Positions 44,633 to 54,466 of a stretch of DNA of 64,000 nt are shown piece after piece. The position numbers and the translations under genes are program-made. How positions within the stretch are numbered: position 1 is the stretch's first letter; each line of letters starts with the position of its first letter. Under the pieces are notes generated by a model. It did no database searches. It had not been told where the DNA came from and was given only the letters and a program-made list of their open reading frames with translations. The DNA comes from Dehalococcoidia bacterium (GTDB lineage Bacteria > Chloroflexota > Dehalococcoidia > Lucifugimonadales > Australimonadaceae). The DNA is taken from assembly GCA_965247635.1 (NCBI GenBank), contig CBDFHJ010000010.1, forward strand, positions 773,918 through 837,917, written 5' to 3'.

Positions 44633-45013
44633 ATGGCGATGACCAAAGATGACCTAATGGAGGCTATCAAGGGCCTTTCGGTGCTGGAGCTGTCGGAGCT
44701 GGTGAAGGCACTGGAGGAAGAGTTTGGTGTGAGCGCGGCCGCTCCGGTGGCCGTGGCCGCGGCACCTGCAGCAGGCGGCGCCGCGGAGGCGGAGGAGGAG
44801 CAGACCGAGTTCACCGTGGTGCTTCAGGAGATAGGCCCCAACAAGATCAACGTGATCAAGGTGGTCCGCGAGCTCACGAGCCTGGGCCTGCGCGAAGCAA
44901 AAGACCTGGTCGAGTCCGCTCCGGCCAACGTGCGAGAGGCCGTTGCCAAAGAGGAGGCCGAGACCACCAAGGCGAAGCTGGAGGAGGTTGGTGGCGTCGT
45001 GGCGGTCCAATAG
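44633..45013 (+). CDS. rplL: 50S ribosomal protein L7/L12
   Basis: [19 protein letters not shown], an Ala-rich hinge, and [24 protein letters not shown]. Confidence 0.95.
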   Translation: MAMTKDDLMEAIKGLSVLELSELVKALEEEFGVSAAAPVAVAAAPAAGGAAEAEEEQTEFTVVLQEIGPNKINVIKVVRELTSLGLREAKDLVESAPANVREAVAKEEAETTKAKLEEVGGVVAVQ

Positions 45014-45033
45014 CCCAACCCTTGAAGCCCCGC

Positions 45034-45064
45034 GAAACGGCCCTTCATAGAAGGGCCGTTTTCA
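45034..45064 (+). terminator. Rho-independent terminator after rplL
   Basis: GAAACGGCCCTTC-ATA-GAAGGGCCGTTTTC. Confidence 0.8.
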
Positions 45065-45173
45065 TATCCTGAGCACGATATCCACGGGCTGTCATCGGCC
45101 TGATGCGCCGGCGAACCCGGCATGGTACGCTCTGCCCCGACGTCAGGCCAGGGGCTACGCCAGGAGCAACAAT

Positions 45174-45902
45174 ATGACCACGACACAGCGGAAGCGGGCG
45201 GTCCGCGAGGTCGAATACCGCCCCATGATCCGAGACTTGCCGGCTGGCGAGCGTCCGCGGGAACGGTTGCGGGACCGGGGCGCGAGGGCCCTGAGCAACG
45301 TGGAACTGCTGGCCATCCTGCTGCGGACCGGGACCGCCGCCGAGAACGTGCTGGGGCTGGCTACCAGGCTCCTGTCGCAGCACCACGGCCTCGACGGGCT
45401 AGCCAGAGCAGGCTTTCAAGAGCTGGCCGGTGAGTATGGGGTGGGCGAGGCCAAGGCTGCCCAGCTTCAGGCGGCCATCGAGCTGGGCAAGCGCCTCTCG
45501 GTGGCGCCTGAGTCCCAGCGGGCTTCGGTCCGCTCGCCTCAGGACGTGGCGGACCCGCTCATGGCGGAGATGGCTCTGCTGGACCAGGAGCACTTCCGCG
45601 TGGTGGTGCTGAACACTAAGAACGAAGTCATGGCCACGCCCACGGTGTTCGTGGGGAGCGTGAACGCCACGACCGTCCGCACTGCGGAGGTATTCCGCGA
45701 GGCGGTGCGTCAGAACTGTCCGGCGGTGATCGTGGTGCACAACCATCCGTCGGGCGATCCCACGCCTAGCGACGAGGACGTGGTTGTGACGCGGGAGCTG
45801 GTGGCCGCCGGCAAGGCGCTGGACATCGACGTGCTGGACCACGTGGTCATCGGACGGCACACCTTCGCCAGCCTCAAGGAGCAGGGAACGGGGTTTGACT
45901 AA
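45174..45902 (+). CDS. radC: RadC-like JAB/MPN-domain protein (UPF0758)
   Basis: [44 protein letters not shown], and [14 protein letters not shown]. Confidence 0.85.
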   Translation: MTTTQRKRAVREVEYRPMIRDLPAGERPRERLRDRGARALSNVELLAILLRTGTAAENVLGLATRLLSQHHGLDGLARAGFQELAGEYGVGEAKAAQLQAAIELGKRLSVAPESQRASVRSPQDVADPLMAEMALLDQEHFRVVVLNTKNEVMATPTVFVGSVNATTVRTAEVFREAVRQNCPAVIVVHNHPSGDPTPSDEDVVVTRELVAAGKALDIDVLDHVVIGRHTFASLKEQGTGFD

Positions 45903-45946
45903 TCGCGAGCCTGGCATCAGACCGGCGCTATTGTTGGAGGTAGGAC

Positions 45947-46630
45947 ATGGGAGAATTTGAATTGAAGATGACCCCGAAGGAGTTCATGCGCAAGGTCATC
46001 GAGCTGTATCGCCTCTCCAGAATCCCTGAGTACTACCATCCACAGGTGCGTCGTGGCCGCTCTCACGCTGTCGCTGGAAGAGCGGAAGACCTGGTTGCGG
46101 CGTTTCTTGGCTTCAACCTTAGCCAGCAATATGAAATACGCGTTGACCAGCCAATTTCTATGATCGGGACCCGGAAGGCGATCTACCTAGACATAGCGCT
46201 CCTCCAAGGTAGCGAGCTTAAGCAGATCCTTGATGTAAAGATGGATTTGGGGTGGAACAGGGCCGGCCTGCCGGAGTTTTGCGAAGAAAAACGTAAGATG
46301 ATAAGACAGATTAGGGGATCACAAGTTCGATTGAAAGACGGAATCACCAAGAAATTGGAGGAGATATACGTCTCATCGAATTGTTCGTATCACATACTAA
46401 TCATCAGTGACCAGAACATATCCGACGCTCAACTGAAAGCATCGCTGACAGGGGTGGAGGAATACGAACCTGATGTCACAACGTATGTGCTTTCAGGTAG
46501 TGTTCACCCCAATGAGTATGGGGTTAGCGAAGACAAATTACTGGGTCAACTGGATATCCATAAAGATGCTTTCGAGCGTCTCCTTGTCAAATTGACCCAG
46601 TCCCCAACACGTCTTGATAGTTTTGGCTAG
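45947..46630 (+). CDS. hypothetical protein in a low-GC islet; possible PD-(D/E)xK nuclease fold
   Basis: GC is clearly lower than in the flanks. A candidate D..(D/E)xK arrangement is AIYLDIALL..ILDVKMDLG. No family was recognised. Confidence 0.35.
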   Translation: MGEFELKMTPKEFMRKVIELYRLSRIPEYYHPQVRRGRSHAVAGRAEDLVAAFLGFNLSQQYEIRVDQPISMIGTRKAIYLDIALLQGSELKQILDVKMDLGWNRAGLPEFCEEKRKMIRQIRGSQVRLKDGITKKLEEIYVSSNCSYHILIISDQNISDAQLKASLTGVEEYEPDVTTYVLSGSVHPNEYGVSEDKLLGQLDIHKDAFERLLVKLTQSPTRLDSFG

Positions 46631-48773
46631 GGCGCTGCTCTTCGTGCTCCTCCTTGTCGCCGCGGGCTGCGCCAGCCGGGATACGGGACCCGCTACTCCC
46701 ACGGCGACCAGCTCCTCGGCGCTTGGGCTGACACCCCCGGCCACCGACACCGAGGAGTGGGTGCGCCAGCGCCTTGAGGCGGTCTCGGACCTCTATCGAG
46801 TCACCCCCGGCGGACGCCTGGTCCTGGCTGCGCTGGACGTGCGGCAGATGCGCGGCCAACCCGGCTACTTCGGCAGCTTCGGCTTCGATAGCTGGACGGG
46901 CCTGGGCGAGGCGAAGCCCACCCAGACCATCCACGAGCTGGGCCACGCCTACTGGGGCGCCTTCCCCGTGACCGGACACCCGGACCTGTCGTGGGATGCG
47001 GGCGGCGAGGAGGTTAGCCCCGCCATGCAGCTTTACCACCAGGACACCGTGAGGTTCCTTACGCAGCCTCCCGACCGATACGAGCTGTTCAGGCAACGGC
47101 TCAAGAACCTGCCGGAGCTCGCTTCCGATAACCTGGCCCCGCTGTACCACACCATCGAAGCGGACGTGGTCTCCATGGTGGGCGGCGACTTGGGCCTGGT
47201 GCCTCCCATCCTCCGCAAGTACTGGGACGGGTTCCTCAGCCCCGGCCCTTTCCTTCAGTGGGAGGAGGCCGTGCGCTGGTATCTCGGCCTCGCGTCCAAA
47301 GAGAGGGCTCGCGCGGACCGGTACCTGGGATTCCAGCACCTGGACCTTCGCGAGCAGGACCACCTCAAGCCGGATGGACCCTCTGTCGTGGACGCGACGG
47401 TCCGGCAAATCTTGGAGGGTGAGGAGCGGCAGCGGCTGTGGGACTTTGCCGACCAGTTCGACCTGGTGGCCCAGGACGCCGAGAAGGCCGAGCAGTTCAA
47501 GTTTTGGCGAGGGTATCTACGGGAGATACAAGCCCTGTTCAGAGTACATCGCGGTCTGCTTGAGGACTCGGACCTCCCGAGAAGTCGTGAGATCATCGAG
47601 GCCTTCGACCTGCTGCATGAGCTCGCCGGAGAGGCCCCTGCCGCGAAAGCCGCCCGGCTGGTCCAAGCACTGCGGGACCGGCCTTTCACCGCCCACTTTC
47701 TCCCTGCTCTCGATAACGAGACGCTGGTTGAGCTGTTCACCTCCGCCGACGGCCTGCCGGAGGAGACCACAGGGAAGGGCATCCGCCCCTTCGTGGAGCA
47801 GGTCCAGCGATTTGCTCCGACCGTGGCCGACATCCTGACCGCGGGCGCCGCGGCACCGGCAGAGGGGGCCGCGGCGTTGCGCCTCTTCCTGTCCAGCCTA
47901 GACCTCGATGACCGGGAGGAGACGGACCTGTTCTTCGAGCTGTTCTTGGAAGCGGATTCGGAGACGGCGAAGGCTGTCGCCGCTTCGTTGGACAACGAGA
48001 CCAAGCGCAGCCTGCTCCAAGCGGCCCCGGTGCTGCTCCGGCGCCTCCTCGACCCATCGGAGCTGGCCAGGGCGCTGGACATTACGGCGGACGCCACACC
48101 TCAGCAGATGGCCCAGGGGGTAGCCCTCATACTGGAGCATCCCTCCGGGAACTTTCGCATCGACGAGCCGTACCTGGATGAGGTGAACGAGGTGGTGGCC
48201 CAGCGGGGTGAACGGGAGCCCGCACAGATGCTCGATGTGCTTGCGGGCGAGGCGTTGCCCGTGGAGCGTTTCATCCACCAACACCCGTCGGCCGCGGTGG
48301 CCATCCTCTCGGCGGACCTGGACGCCACGGTGGCCCTGGTGAAGGGGAGCGATCCGGTACTGCTTACGCCCGCGCGGTTCATCCACGCGCTGGTCTTTGC
48401 CAGCCCCGCCCTCGCGGCCCAGGTCGTGGCGCGGCTCGACAGCGACGGGGAGGAGGCCATCGTCCTAGAGTCGTTAGCGGTCGGCGCCTACGATGAGGCT
48501 CGCGTGGAGGCGGACCCCACTTTGCCCATCACGCTGCGGAAGGACGGCGCGTTCCTCGGGGCCCTGCTGGAGCGCAAGGGCCAACCGTGGCTGGCGGAAA
48601 GGCTTGGGGAAGCGGTGATGCTCTATAGGGACCGGGTCCGTGCGCAGGAAGTACCCCCCGACTTCCTTGAAGCGTATCGGCGCACACTGGAAGGGGCGGC
48701 AGGGACGATGGATGGTGCAACGCAGTCGGGTCTGCTGGAGTCTATCGAGACCGCTTTCGGGGCTGACTCGTAA
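46614..48773 (+). CDS. large lipoprotein with an HExxH motif (putative metallopeptidase-like)
   Basis: LLLVAAGC lipobox and IHELGHAYWG. 719 aa. The TTG start overlaps the upstream ORF by 17 nt. Confidence 0.5.
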   Translation: MIVLARALLFVLLLVAAGCASRDTGPATPTATSSSALGLTPPATDTEEWVRQRLEAVSDLYRVTPGGRLVLAALDVRQMRGQPGYFGSFGFDSWTGLGEAKPTQTIHELGHAYWGAFPVTGHPDLSWDAGGEEVSPAMQLYHQDTVRFLTQPPDRYELFRQRLKNLPELASDNLAPLYHTIEADVVSMVGGDLGLVPPILRKYWDGFLSPGPFLQWEEAVRWYLGLASKERARADRYLGFQHLDLREQDHLKPDGPSVVDATVRQILEGEERQRLWDFADQFDLVAQDAEKAEQFKFWRGYLREIQALFRVHRGLLEDSDLPRSREIIEAFDLLHELAGEAPAAKAARLVQALRDRPFTAHFLPALDNETLVELFTSADGLPEETTGKGIRPFVEQVQRFAPTVADILTAGAAAPAEGAAALRLFLSSLDLDDREETDLFFELFLEADSETAKAVAASLDNETKRSLLQAAPVLLRRLLDPSELARALDITADATPQQMAQGVALILEHPSGNFRIDEPYLDEVNEVVAQRGEREPAQMLDVLAGEALPVERFIHQHPSAAVAILSADLDATVALVKGSDPVLLTPARFIHALVFASPALAAQVVARLDSDGEEAIVLESLAVGAYDEARVEADPTLPITLRKDGAFLGALLERKGQPWLAERLGEAVMLYRDRVRAQEVPPDFLEAYRRTLEGAAGTMDGATQSGLLESIETAFGADS

Positions 48774-48893
48774 CCTGCCTGGACCGCAAGGAGACGGCCT
48801 GGGCAGGGTAGTGGCCTAGTCTGTTGCCCCGCTGGACAACCGAAGGAAATGGTGCTAGTTTTCGGCCATCTAGTCCGAGGAGGGGAGACCGTT

Positions 48894-49982
48894 ATGGTAG
48901 GACAGGAGCTAAAACCTGAGGCTGGAAGTCACGGGTTGACGGACGAGGGGATTATCCACATCCCAGGGATGATGAGCCGGTGGGTGCGGTTGGGCAACGG
49001 CGCGAAGGCCCACTACGTAACCTCCGGCGACACGGGCCCGGCGGTAATTTTGCTGCACGGAGGCATCCAAGGCTCGTCAGGCACGGCGGGCTGGCGGTTC
49101 ATGGCGCCGTTCTTGGGTGCTCATGGCTTACGCGTGTACTGCCCGGACCAGCCGGGCTTCGGCTGGGCGGACACTCGGGAGGAGTATTGGCCCACGGAAG
49201 GGCCCTTGAGCCATGTGGAGTTCGTCAGGGACTTTGCCGACGCTCTCGGCATCGATAAGTTCCACCTGTCGGGTAACTCCATGGGCTGCCAGAACACGGT
49301 GAATTTCGTGCAGGCCTACCCAGAGCGCGTTATCAGCTTCGCGTTGATCGCCGGAGGCGTAGGCGACCTGGTGGACCCGGCCAAGCGCGTTCCGACGTCC
49401 GAGGGCAAGTTCACGCCCAACCCCGGCTACGTGCGGCCGGAGTGGGATGGTACGGAGCACAGCATGCGCGTCCTCATGGAGGGGATCATTCACAAGCCGG
49501 TAGCCATCTGGCCTGAGCTGATCACCATGCGCAACGAGGCGGGGCTTCGACAGAAGGAGTCGAACGACGCGCTGGCAGCGGGCAGGGAGCGCGTGACCAC
49601 CGACCCCAACCTGGCCCAGAAGATGTCCACCATCAACCGGCTTAATAGGCTGACCATCCCAGCCATCTACATGTATGGGAAGCAGGACGTGCTCAGCCCG
49701 GTGGAGAACGGTTTCATGCAGGAGGACGTCGGGTTCGGCAACATGCAGTTCTTCTACCCGGAGGACTGCGGCCACCAGGGCCAGACAGACCAGCCGGAGC
49801 TGTTCAACCAAACGTTCTTGGAGTTCTTCAAGTACGGCAAGGTGAGCAAGGAGACCGCGGAATGGGCAGGGGTCTCGGACCGTCTGACGGTCAAGCCGGA
49901 GCTGGTCGACCAAGACGGCGCCGTTGTACCGTCAGAGGTGGTTGCCCTGAAGGGCACCTTGAAGGTCGCCGCCGGAGTGTAG
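48894..49982 (+). CDS. alpha/beta hydrolase (C-C bond hydrolase-like)
   Basis: AVILLHGGIQGSSG, SGNSMGC, and GHQGQTDQPE. GGAGGGGAG lies upstream of ATG 48894. Confidence 0.75.
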   Translation: MVGQELKPEAGSHGLTDEGIIHIPGMMSRWVRLGNGAKAHYVTSGDTGPAVILLHGGIQGSSGTAGWRFMAPFLGAHGLRVYCPDQPGFGWADTREEYWPTEGPLSHVEFVRDFADALGIDKFHLSGNSMGCQNTVNFVQAYPERVISFALIAGGVGDLVDPAKRVPTSEGKFTPNPGYVRPEWDGTEHSMRVLMEGIIHKPVAIWPELITMRNEAGLRQKESNDALAAGRERVTTDPNLAQKMSTINRLNRLTIPAIYMYGKQDVLSPVENGFMQEDVGFGNMQFFYPEDCGHQGQTDQPELFNQTFLEFFKYGKVSKETAEWAGVSDRLTVKPELVDQDGAVVPSEVVALKGTLKVAAGV

Positions 49983-50085
49983 CGGCCACCCGAACGACAG
50001 CAGGTAACGAACAGGCCCCCCGATGCATCGGGGGGCCTGCTTTTTGCCGTGGGCGTCGAGAGGGGGGCCGGTCCAACCTGGGGCG

Positions 50086-50676
50086 CTAGCCAAGCCGGCT
50101 GGCCATGGTGCCCCAGTCGATATTCTTGAGGTAGGCTTCGATGTACTGGCCCCGGCCCGCTGGGTTGGTGGTCCAGTCCACGGAGAAGGCGTGCTCCCAC
50201 AGGTCCATGATGAGGATGGGCCGGAAGCCTGCCGGATGGCCCGTCTCGTGCATGTCGATCCAGTGGTTAGTGAGGGCGCCGTTGGCTGGGTCTTGGTACA
50301 TCACAGCCCAGCCCACGCCGCGCATCCTGCCGATGGCGGTGAACTCCGCTTGGCAAGCGTCCATGGAACCGAAGCTGTCGTTGATGGCGCTGGCAAGCGC
50401 CGCGGGCGGGTTGCCGCTGGAGGGCTTCATGGCCTCGAAGTAGAGCTCGTGAAGCCGCATGCCGTTGTACTCCCATCCGCGACGTCGGTGCAGCTCGGAG
50501 AAGACCGGGTTGCCTGACGCGGTGTTGGCGTCCAGCAAGGCTTTGATCTCAGTGTTGATTCGGTTGACGTTGTTGACGTACCCCTCGTAGAGGGCCCAGT
50601 GCAGGGCTACCTGGTCCTCGGAGATGCCGTCCAGGTCCTTGGGCCGAAACTCTGTTCTTGATGCGTATTCGACCAT
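50086..50676 (-). CDS. Fe/Mn superoxide dismutase family protein
   Basis: HWALYEGYVNNVN, NGMRLHELYFE, and DLWEHAFSVDW, which is a variant of DxWEHAYY. AAAGGAG lies upstream of ATG 50676. Confidence 0.7.
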   Translation of the reverse strand: MVEYASRTEFRPKDLDGISEDQVALHWALYEGYVNNVNRINTEIKALLDANTASGNPVFSELHRRRGWEYNGMRLHELYFEAMKPSSGNPPAALASAINDSFGSMDACQAEFTAIGRMRGVGWAVMYQDPANGALTNHWIDMHETGHPAGFRPILIMDLWEHAFSVDWTTNPAGRGQYIEAYLKNIDWGTMASRLG

Positions 50677-50949
50677 GGTGACTCCTTTTCCTGGTAGTTG
50701 CGCCGGACGCAGGTTAGCAGGACGACCGAGAGTGGGCAAGCCCTGCGCACCCGTTTACGGTGGACAATGTCCGGGGGCCGGACGGCCTTTCCGATAGCTT
50801 ACTCGGGTCGATCTAAAGGGCTGCATGGGGCACGAGCGCACCCCACCAAGGAATTCTAACCTATCTCACGCCCGCTCCCGAGACCGCCCCTGAAGGTGTC
50901 CCACCCGGCGCTTTGAGAGGGTCTTAGGACCATTGCGGGACTTGGCGGC

Positions 50950-52230
50950 TTAGGCCCGCAGGGCGTCGGCGGTCAGCTCGACGATACGGCCGACGTCCTC
51001 AGACGTATGGGCCAGCGACAGGAACATGGCCTCGAACTGGGAGGGCGGCAGGTAGACGCCCCGCTCCAGCATGGCGTGGAAGAAGCGGGCGTAGGCCTCG
51101 GTGTCCGCGGTTGCCACGTCGGACCAGGTGGCCACCGGCCCTGGCGTGAAGAAAGCGGTGAGCATGGACCCGACGCGGTTGACCGTCAGGGGCGCCTCGG
51201 CCTCGTGCGCGGCATCCCGCAGGCCAAACTCTAGCCGCGCGCCCAGGCTCTCCAGCGCATCGTAGGCGCCGGGACGCGCCAGCTCCTTGAGGCAGGCGAT
51301 GCCCGCGGCGGTGGCCAGTGGATTGCCCGACAGCGTCCCCGCCTGATAGACGGGGCCCAGGGGCGAGACCAGGCCCATGACCTCGCGCCGGCCTCCGTAG
51401 GCGCCCACCGGCAGCCCACCGCCGATGACCTTGCCCAGGCAGGTGAGGTCGGCGATGACGCCGTAGCGGGCTTGGGCGCCGCCGTAGGCCACTCGAAAGC
51501 CCGTGATGACTTCGTCGAAGATGAGCAGCGCGCCGTGGGCGTTGGCCAGCCGGCGCAGGCCCAGCAGGAACTCCGGGTCCGGCGGCACCACGCCCATGTT
51601 GCCTGCCACCGACTCCACGATGATGGCCGCCACTCCGCTGCGGTACGCCTCCAGCAGCTGCTCCACTGTGTCTAGCTGGTTGTACTCGGCCACCAGCGTC
51701 TCGGCGGCGTAGGACGAGGGTACGCCGGCGCTGGTGGGCACGCCGTGGGTGGCGGCGCCGGAGCCTGCCCTGACCAGCAGGCCATCGGCGTGGCCGTGGT
51801 AGCAGCCGTTGAACTTGATGAGCTTGTCGCGGCCGGTGAAGGCGCGGGCAACCCGGATGGCGCTCATGGTGGCCTCGGTGCCAGAGCTGACCAGCCGGAC
51901 CATCTCCATGGACGGCACTGCCTGGGTGATCAGCTCCGCCAGCTCCACCTCCGCCTCGGTGGGCGCACCGAAGCTGGTGCCGCGGGCCGCCGTCTGCCGC
52001 ACCGCCTCGACGATCGCTGGGTGGGCGTGGCCCAGGACCAGCGGGCCCCACGAGCCGACGAAGTCCAGGTACTCGTTGCCATCGGCGTCACGGATGCGGG
52101 CGCCGCTGCCGCTGACGATGAAGGGCGGAGTGCCGCCCACGGCGCCGAAGGAGCGCACAGGGCTGCTCACACCGCCGGGCATCAGCCGCTGCGCGCGGGC
52201 GAAGAGGGATTCGGAGTGCGAATGGTTCAA
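50950..52230 (-). CDS. hemL: glutamate-1-semialdehyde 2,1-aminomutase
   Basis: [20 protein letters not shown], and FDEVITGFR. Confidence 0.93.
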   Translation of the reverse strand: MNHSHSESLFARAQRLMPGGVSSPVRSFGAVGGTPPFIVSGSGARIRDADGNEYLDFVGSWGPLVLGHAHPAIVEAVRQTAARGTSFGAPTEAEVELAELITQAVPSMEMVRLVSSGTEATMSAIRVARAFTGRDKLIKFNGCYHGHADGLLVRAGSGAATHGVPTSAGVPSSYAAETLVAEYNQLDTVEQLLEAYRSGVAAIIVESVAGNMGVVPPDPEFLLGLRRLANAHGALLIFDEVITGFRVAYGGAQARYGVIADLTCLGKVIGGGLPVGAYGGRREVMGLVSPLGPVYQAGTLSGNPLATAAGIACLKELARPGAYDALESLGARLEFGLRDAAHEAEAPLTVNRVGSMLTAFFTPGPVATWSDVATADTEAYARFFHAMLERGVYLPPSQFEAMFLSLAHTSEDVGRIVELTADALRA

Positions 52231-52296
52231 AGCGAGATGCCAATAAGGGATTTTCGTATCAGGTATCTAGTTTCCTGCGCTCGGTCAAGTTGCTGG

Positions 52297-52914
52297 TTAA
52301 GCGGTATCCGCCGCTATTGCTTCAACTATTTCTTGGGCGAGGGCATCTACGGATGAACGACCGTCCAATACTAGATTGCAAGTTGACTTAATCTGTTTGT
52401 CCATTTCAAGGTAAGCCTGTCTTCCATAGTCGAGATAAGCAGTTAGTCCGACTTTAAGAGAATCTATTGCCCCGCCCGCGCTATCAGGTGGGATCAAAGC
52501 ATAATCACGCAGCAACCTTCGAGCCATGGCGATGTCAAGGGGAGTGTCAATGAAAACCATGAAGTCGATAAATCCAGCAGTTTCATGGTGTGCATACCCT
52601 AACGGACTATCAAAAATTATATGTTCCGTAGGCTTGATTGTTACGCCGTCAACGGGAGAAACTATTGATTTGCCTGCCTTCAGTTTGCTCAGATCCTCTC
52701 TTAATCTCGGGGTCTTCCAATCGTTATAGTTCGCACCTTCTTCAAGCCATTTACGGAACGTCTCAGGATGTACAGTATCGTGATCATACTCGTCAAACGA
52801 TATTACCGCTGCATTTCCCAGAAGCTCTGATGTTCTTTGTGCAATCGTCGTTTTGCCGCCTCCAGAGGGTGAGCTAATTCCTGTAATAAGAATATTTGAA
52901 CCTGAGTTACTCAT
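52297..52914 (-). CDS. P-loop kinase (uridine kinase / phosphoribulokinase-like), low-GC gene
   Basis: ILITGISSPSGGGKTTIAQR, ISFDEY, and FIDTPLDIAMARR. It has markedly AT-richer codon usage than its neighbours. Confidence 0.55.
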   Translation of the reverse strand: MSNSGSNILITGISSPSGGGKTTIAQRTSELLGNAAVISFDEYDHDTVHPETFRKWLEEGANYNDWKTPRLREDLSKLKAGKSIVSPVDGVTIKPTEHIIFDSPLGYAHHETAGFIDFMVFIDTPLDIAMARRLLRDYALIPPDSAGGAIDSLKVGLTAYLDYGRQAYLEMDKQIKSTCNLVLDGRSSVDALAQEIVEAIAADTA

Positions 52915-52967
52915 CAGCTTTCAATGTCCTGTCAGCCTATCACGTCATGCGCCTATGACTTGGCTTC

Positions 52968-53438
52968 CTACCCCAGCGCCAGCCGGACTTGGAGGGCCGT
53001 GGGGTCGGCCAGCACGGAGCGATACTTGGCGTACTCGGTGATGAGCGACCAACGGTCTTTGTAGACCGATAGCCGCTCTCGCAGGGGTTCGTCGTCGGGC
53101 GCGTCCAGGTCCAGCTCGCGGGAAGCGCCGTGCGAGGGTCCGTCGGCGAATCGGTCGAAGGTGGCCGATGGGAGCACCCACGCCTCGGAGGGCTGGCCTT
53201 GATTGAAGGGCACGCAGACGATGAAGAGGGATGGGTGCGGACGCAAGCGCTCGACCTGGAACCGGCGAGGGGTTTCGCCGCTCGCGGGCTTCACCTGGAC
53301 CTCCACGTACTGGCCGCGCTCGACCCGCACCGCCAGGTCCACGTCCACTGGGCTGGCTAACGGCTGGAAGAGGGCGGCGCCGCGCTGGAGCAGCTCATCG
53401 CGGACGAAGCCATGGGCTGCTTCTAACCCCGACACCAC
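52968..53438 (-). CDS. hypothetical protein, possible PD-(D/E)xK-type fold
   Basis: VDLAVRVERGQYVEVQVK gives a D..E.K arrangement. 156 aa. It ends 1 nt from the hemB start region. Confidence 0.35.
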   Translation of the reverse strand: MVSGLEAAHGFVRDELLQRGAALFQPLASPVDVDLAVRVERGQYVEVQVKPASGETPRRFQVERLRPHPSLFIVCVPFNQGQPSEAWVLPSATFDRFADGPSHGASRELDLDAPDDEPLRERLSVYKDRWSLITEYAKYRSVLADPTALQVRLALG

Positions 53439-53439
53439 G

Positions 53440-54465
53440 CTACCGCTCCCCGCGCAACAGGCGGGAGGCTTCTTTGGCGTGGTAGGTGAGGATGAGGTCA
53501 GCCCCGGCCCGCTTGATGCTGGTAAGCGCCTCCAGCATCGCCGTATCGCCGTCCAGCCACCCGTGCTCGCTGGCGGCCTTGAGCATGGCGTACTCGCCCG
53601 ACACGTTATAGGCGGCCAGGGGGTGATCGAACCGCGCGCGGGCCTGGGAGAGCACGTCCAGGTACGCCAGTGCCGGCTTGACCATCAGCACGTCGGCGCC
53701 CTCGGCGGCGTCCTGCTCCAGCTCCCGCAACGCCTCGCGCGCGTTGGCGCCCTCCATCTGGTAGCCCCGCCGGTCGCCGGACTGGGGGGCCGACTCGGCG
53801 GCCACCCGGAACGGGCCGTAGAAGGCGGAGGCGAACTTTGCTCCGTAGGCCATGATTGCCACCTGCTCGTGGCCGCTCTCGTCCAGCGCCGCACGGAGGG
53901 CCTGCACCTGGCCGTCCATCATGGCTGATGGCGAGACCACGTCGGCGCCAGCGGCGGCGTGGGATACGGCGGTCTGCGCCAGCAGCTCCAGCGTCGCGTC
54001 GTTGTCCACCTCGCCCGCATCCGTGAGCAGGCCACAGTGGCCGTGGTCGGTGTACTCGCAGAGGCACACGTCGGTCATCACGACCACGTCCGGCGCCGCG
54101 TGCTTGATGGCGGCCACCGCCTCCTGGACGACGCCGTCGGGGCTATAGGCCTCGGAACCGAGGGTGTCTTTGCGCGACGGGATGCCGAAGAGCAGCACCG
54201 CCGGCACCCCTAACGCTTGGGCCTCGGCGACCTCCTCCAGCAGCGAGTCCAGGGATAGCTGGAACTGGCCGGGCATCGGCTCGATAGGCGTGCGTACGCC
54301 CCGGCCGTGGACCACGAACAGCGGGTACACCAGGTCGGCGGGCGACAGCGTGGTCTCGCGCACCATGCGCCGGAACGTCTCGGTGCGCCGGAGGCGGCGC
54401 AGCCGGACCTGGGGGAACCGTGCCGGCTGCTGGGCCTGTTGGGGTTTCCTGGCTACGTCACGCAT
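53440..54465 (-). CDS. hemB: porphobilinogen synthase (Zn-type)
   Basis: RRLRRTETFRRMVRET, DVCLCEYTDHGHCG, SPSAMMDGQV, and MVKPALAYLD. Confidence 0.93.
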   Translation of the reverse strand: MRDVARKPQQAQQPARFPQVRLRRLRRTETFRRMVRETTLSPADLVYPLFVVHGRGVRTPIEPMPGQFQLSLDSLLEEVAEAQALGVPAVLLFGIPSRKDTLGSEAYSPDGVVQEAVAAIKHAAPDVVVMTDVCLCEYTDHGHCGLLTDAGEVDNDATLELLAQTAVSHAAAGADVVSPSAMMDGQVQALRAALDESGHEQVAIMAYGAKFASAFYGPFRVAAESAPQSGDRRGYQMEGANAREALRELEQDAAEGADVLMVKPALAYLDVLSQARARFDHPLAAYNVSGEYAMLKAASEHGWLDGDTAMLEALTSIKRAGADLILTYHAKEASRLLRGER

Positions 54466-54466
54466 C

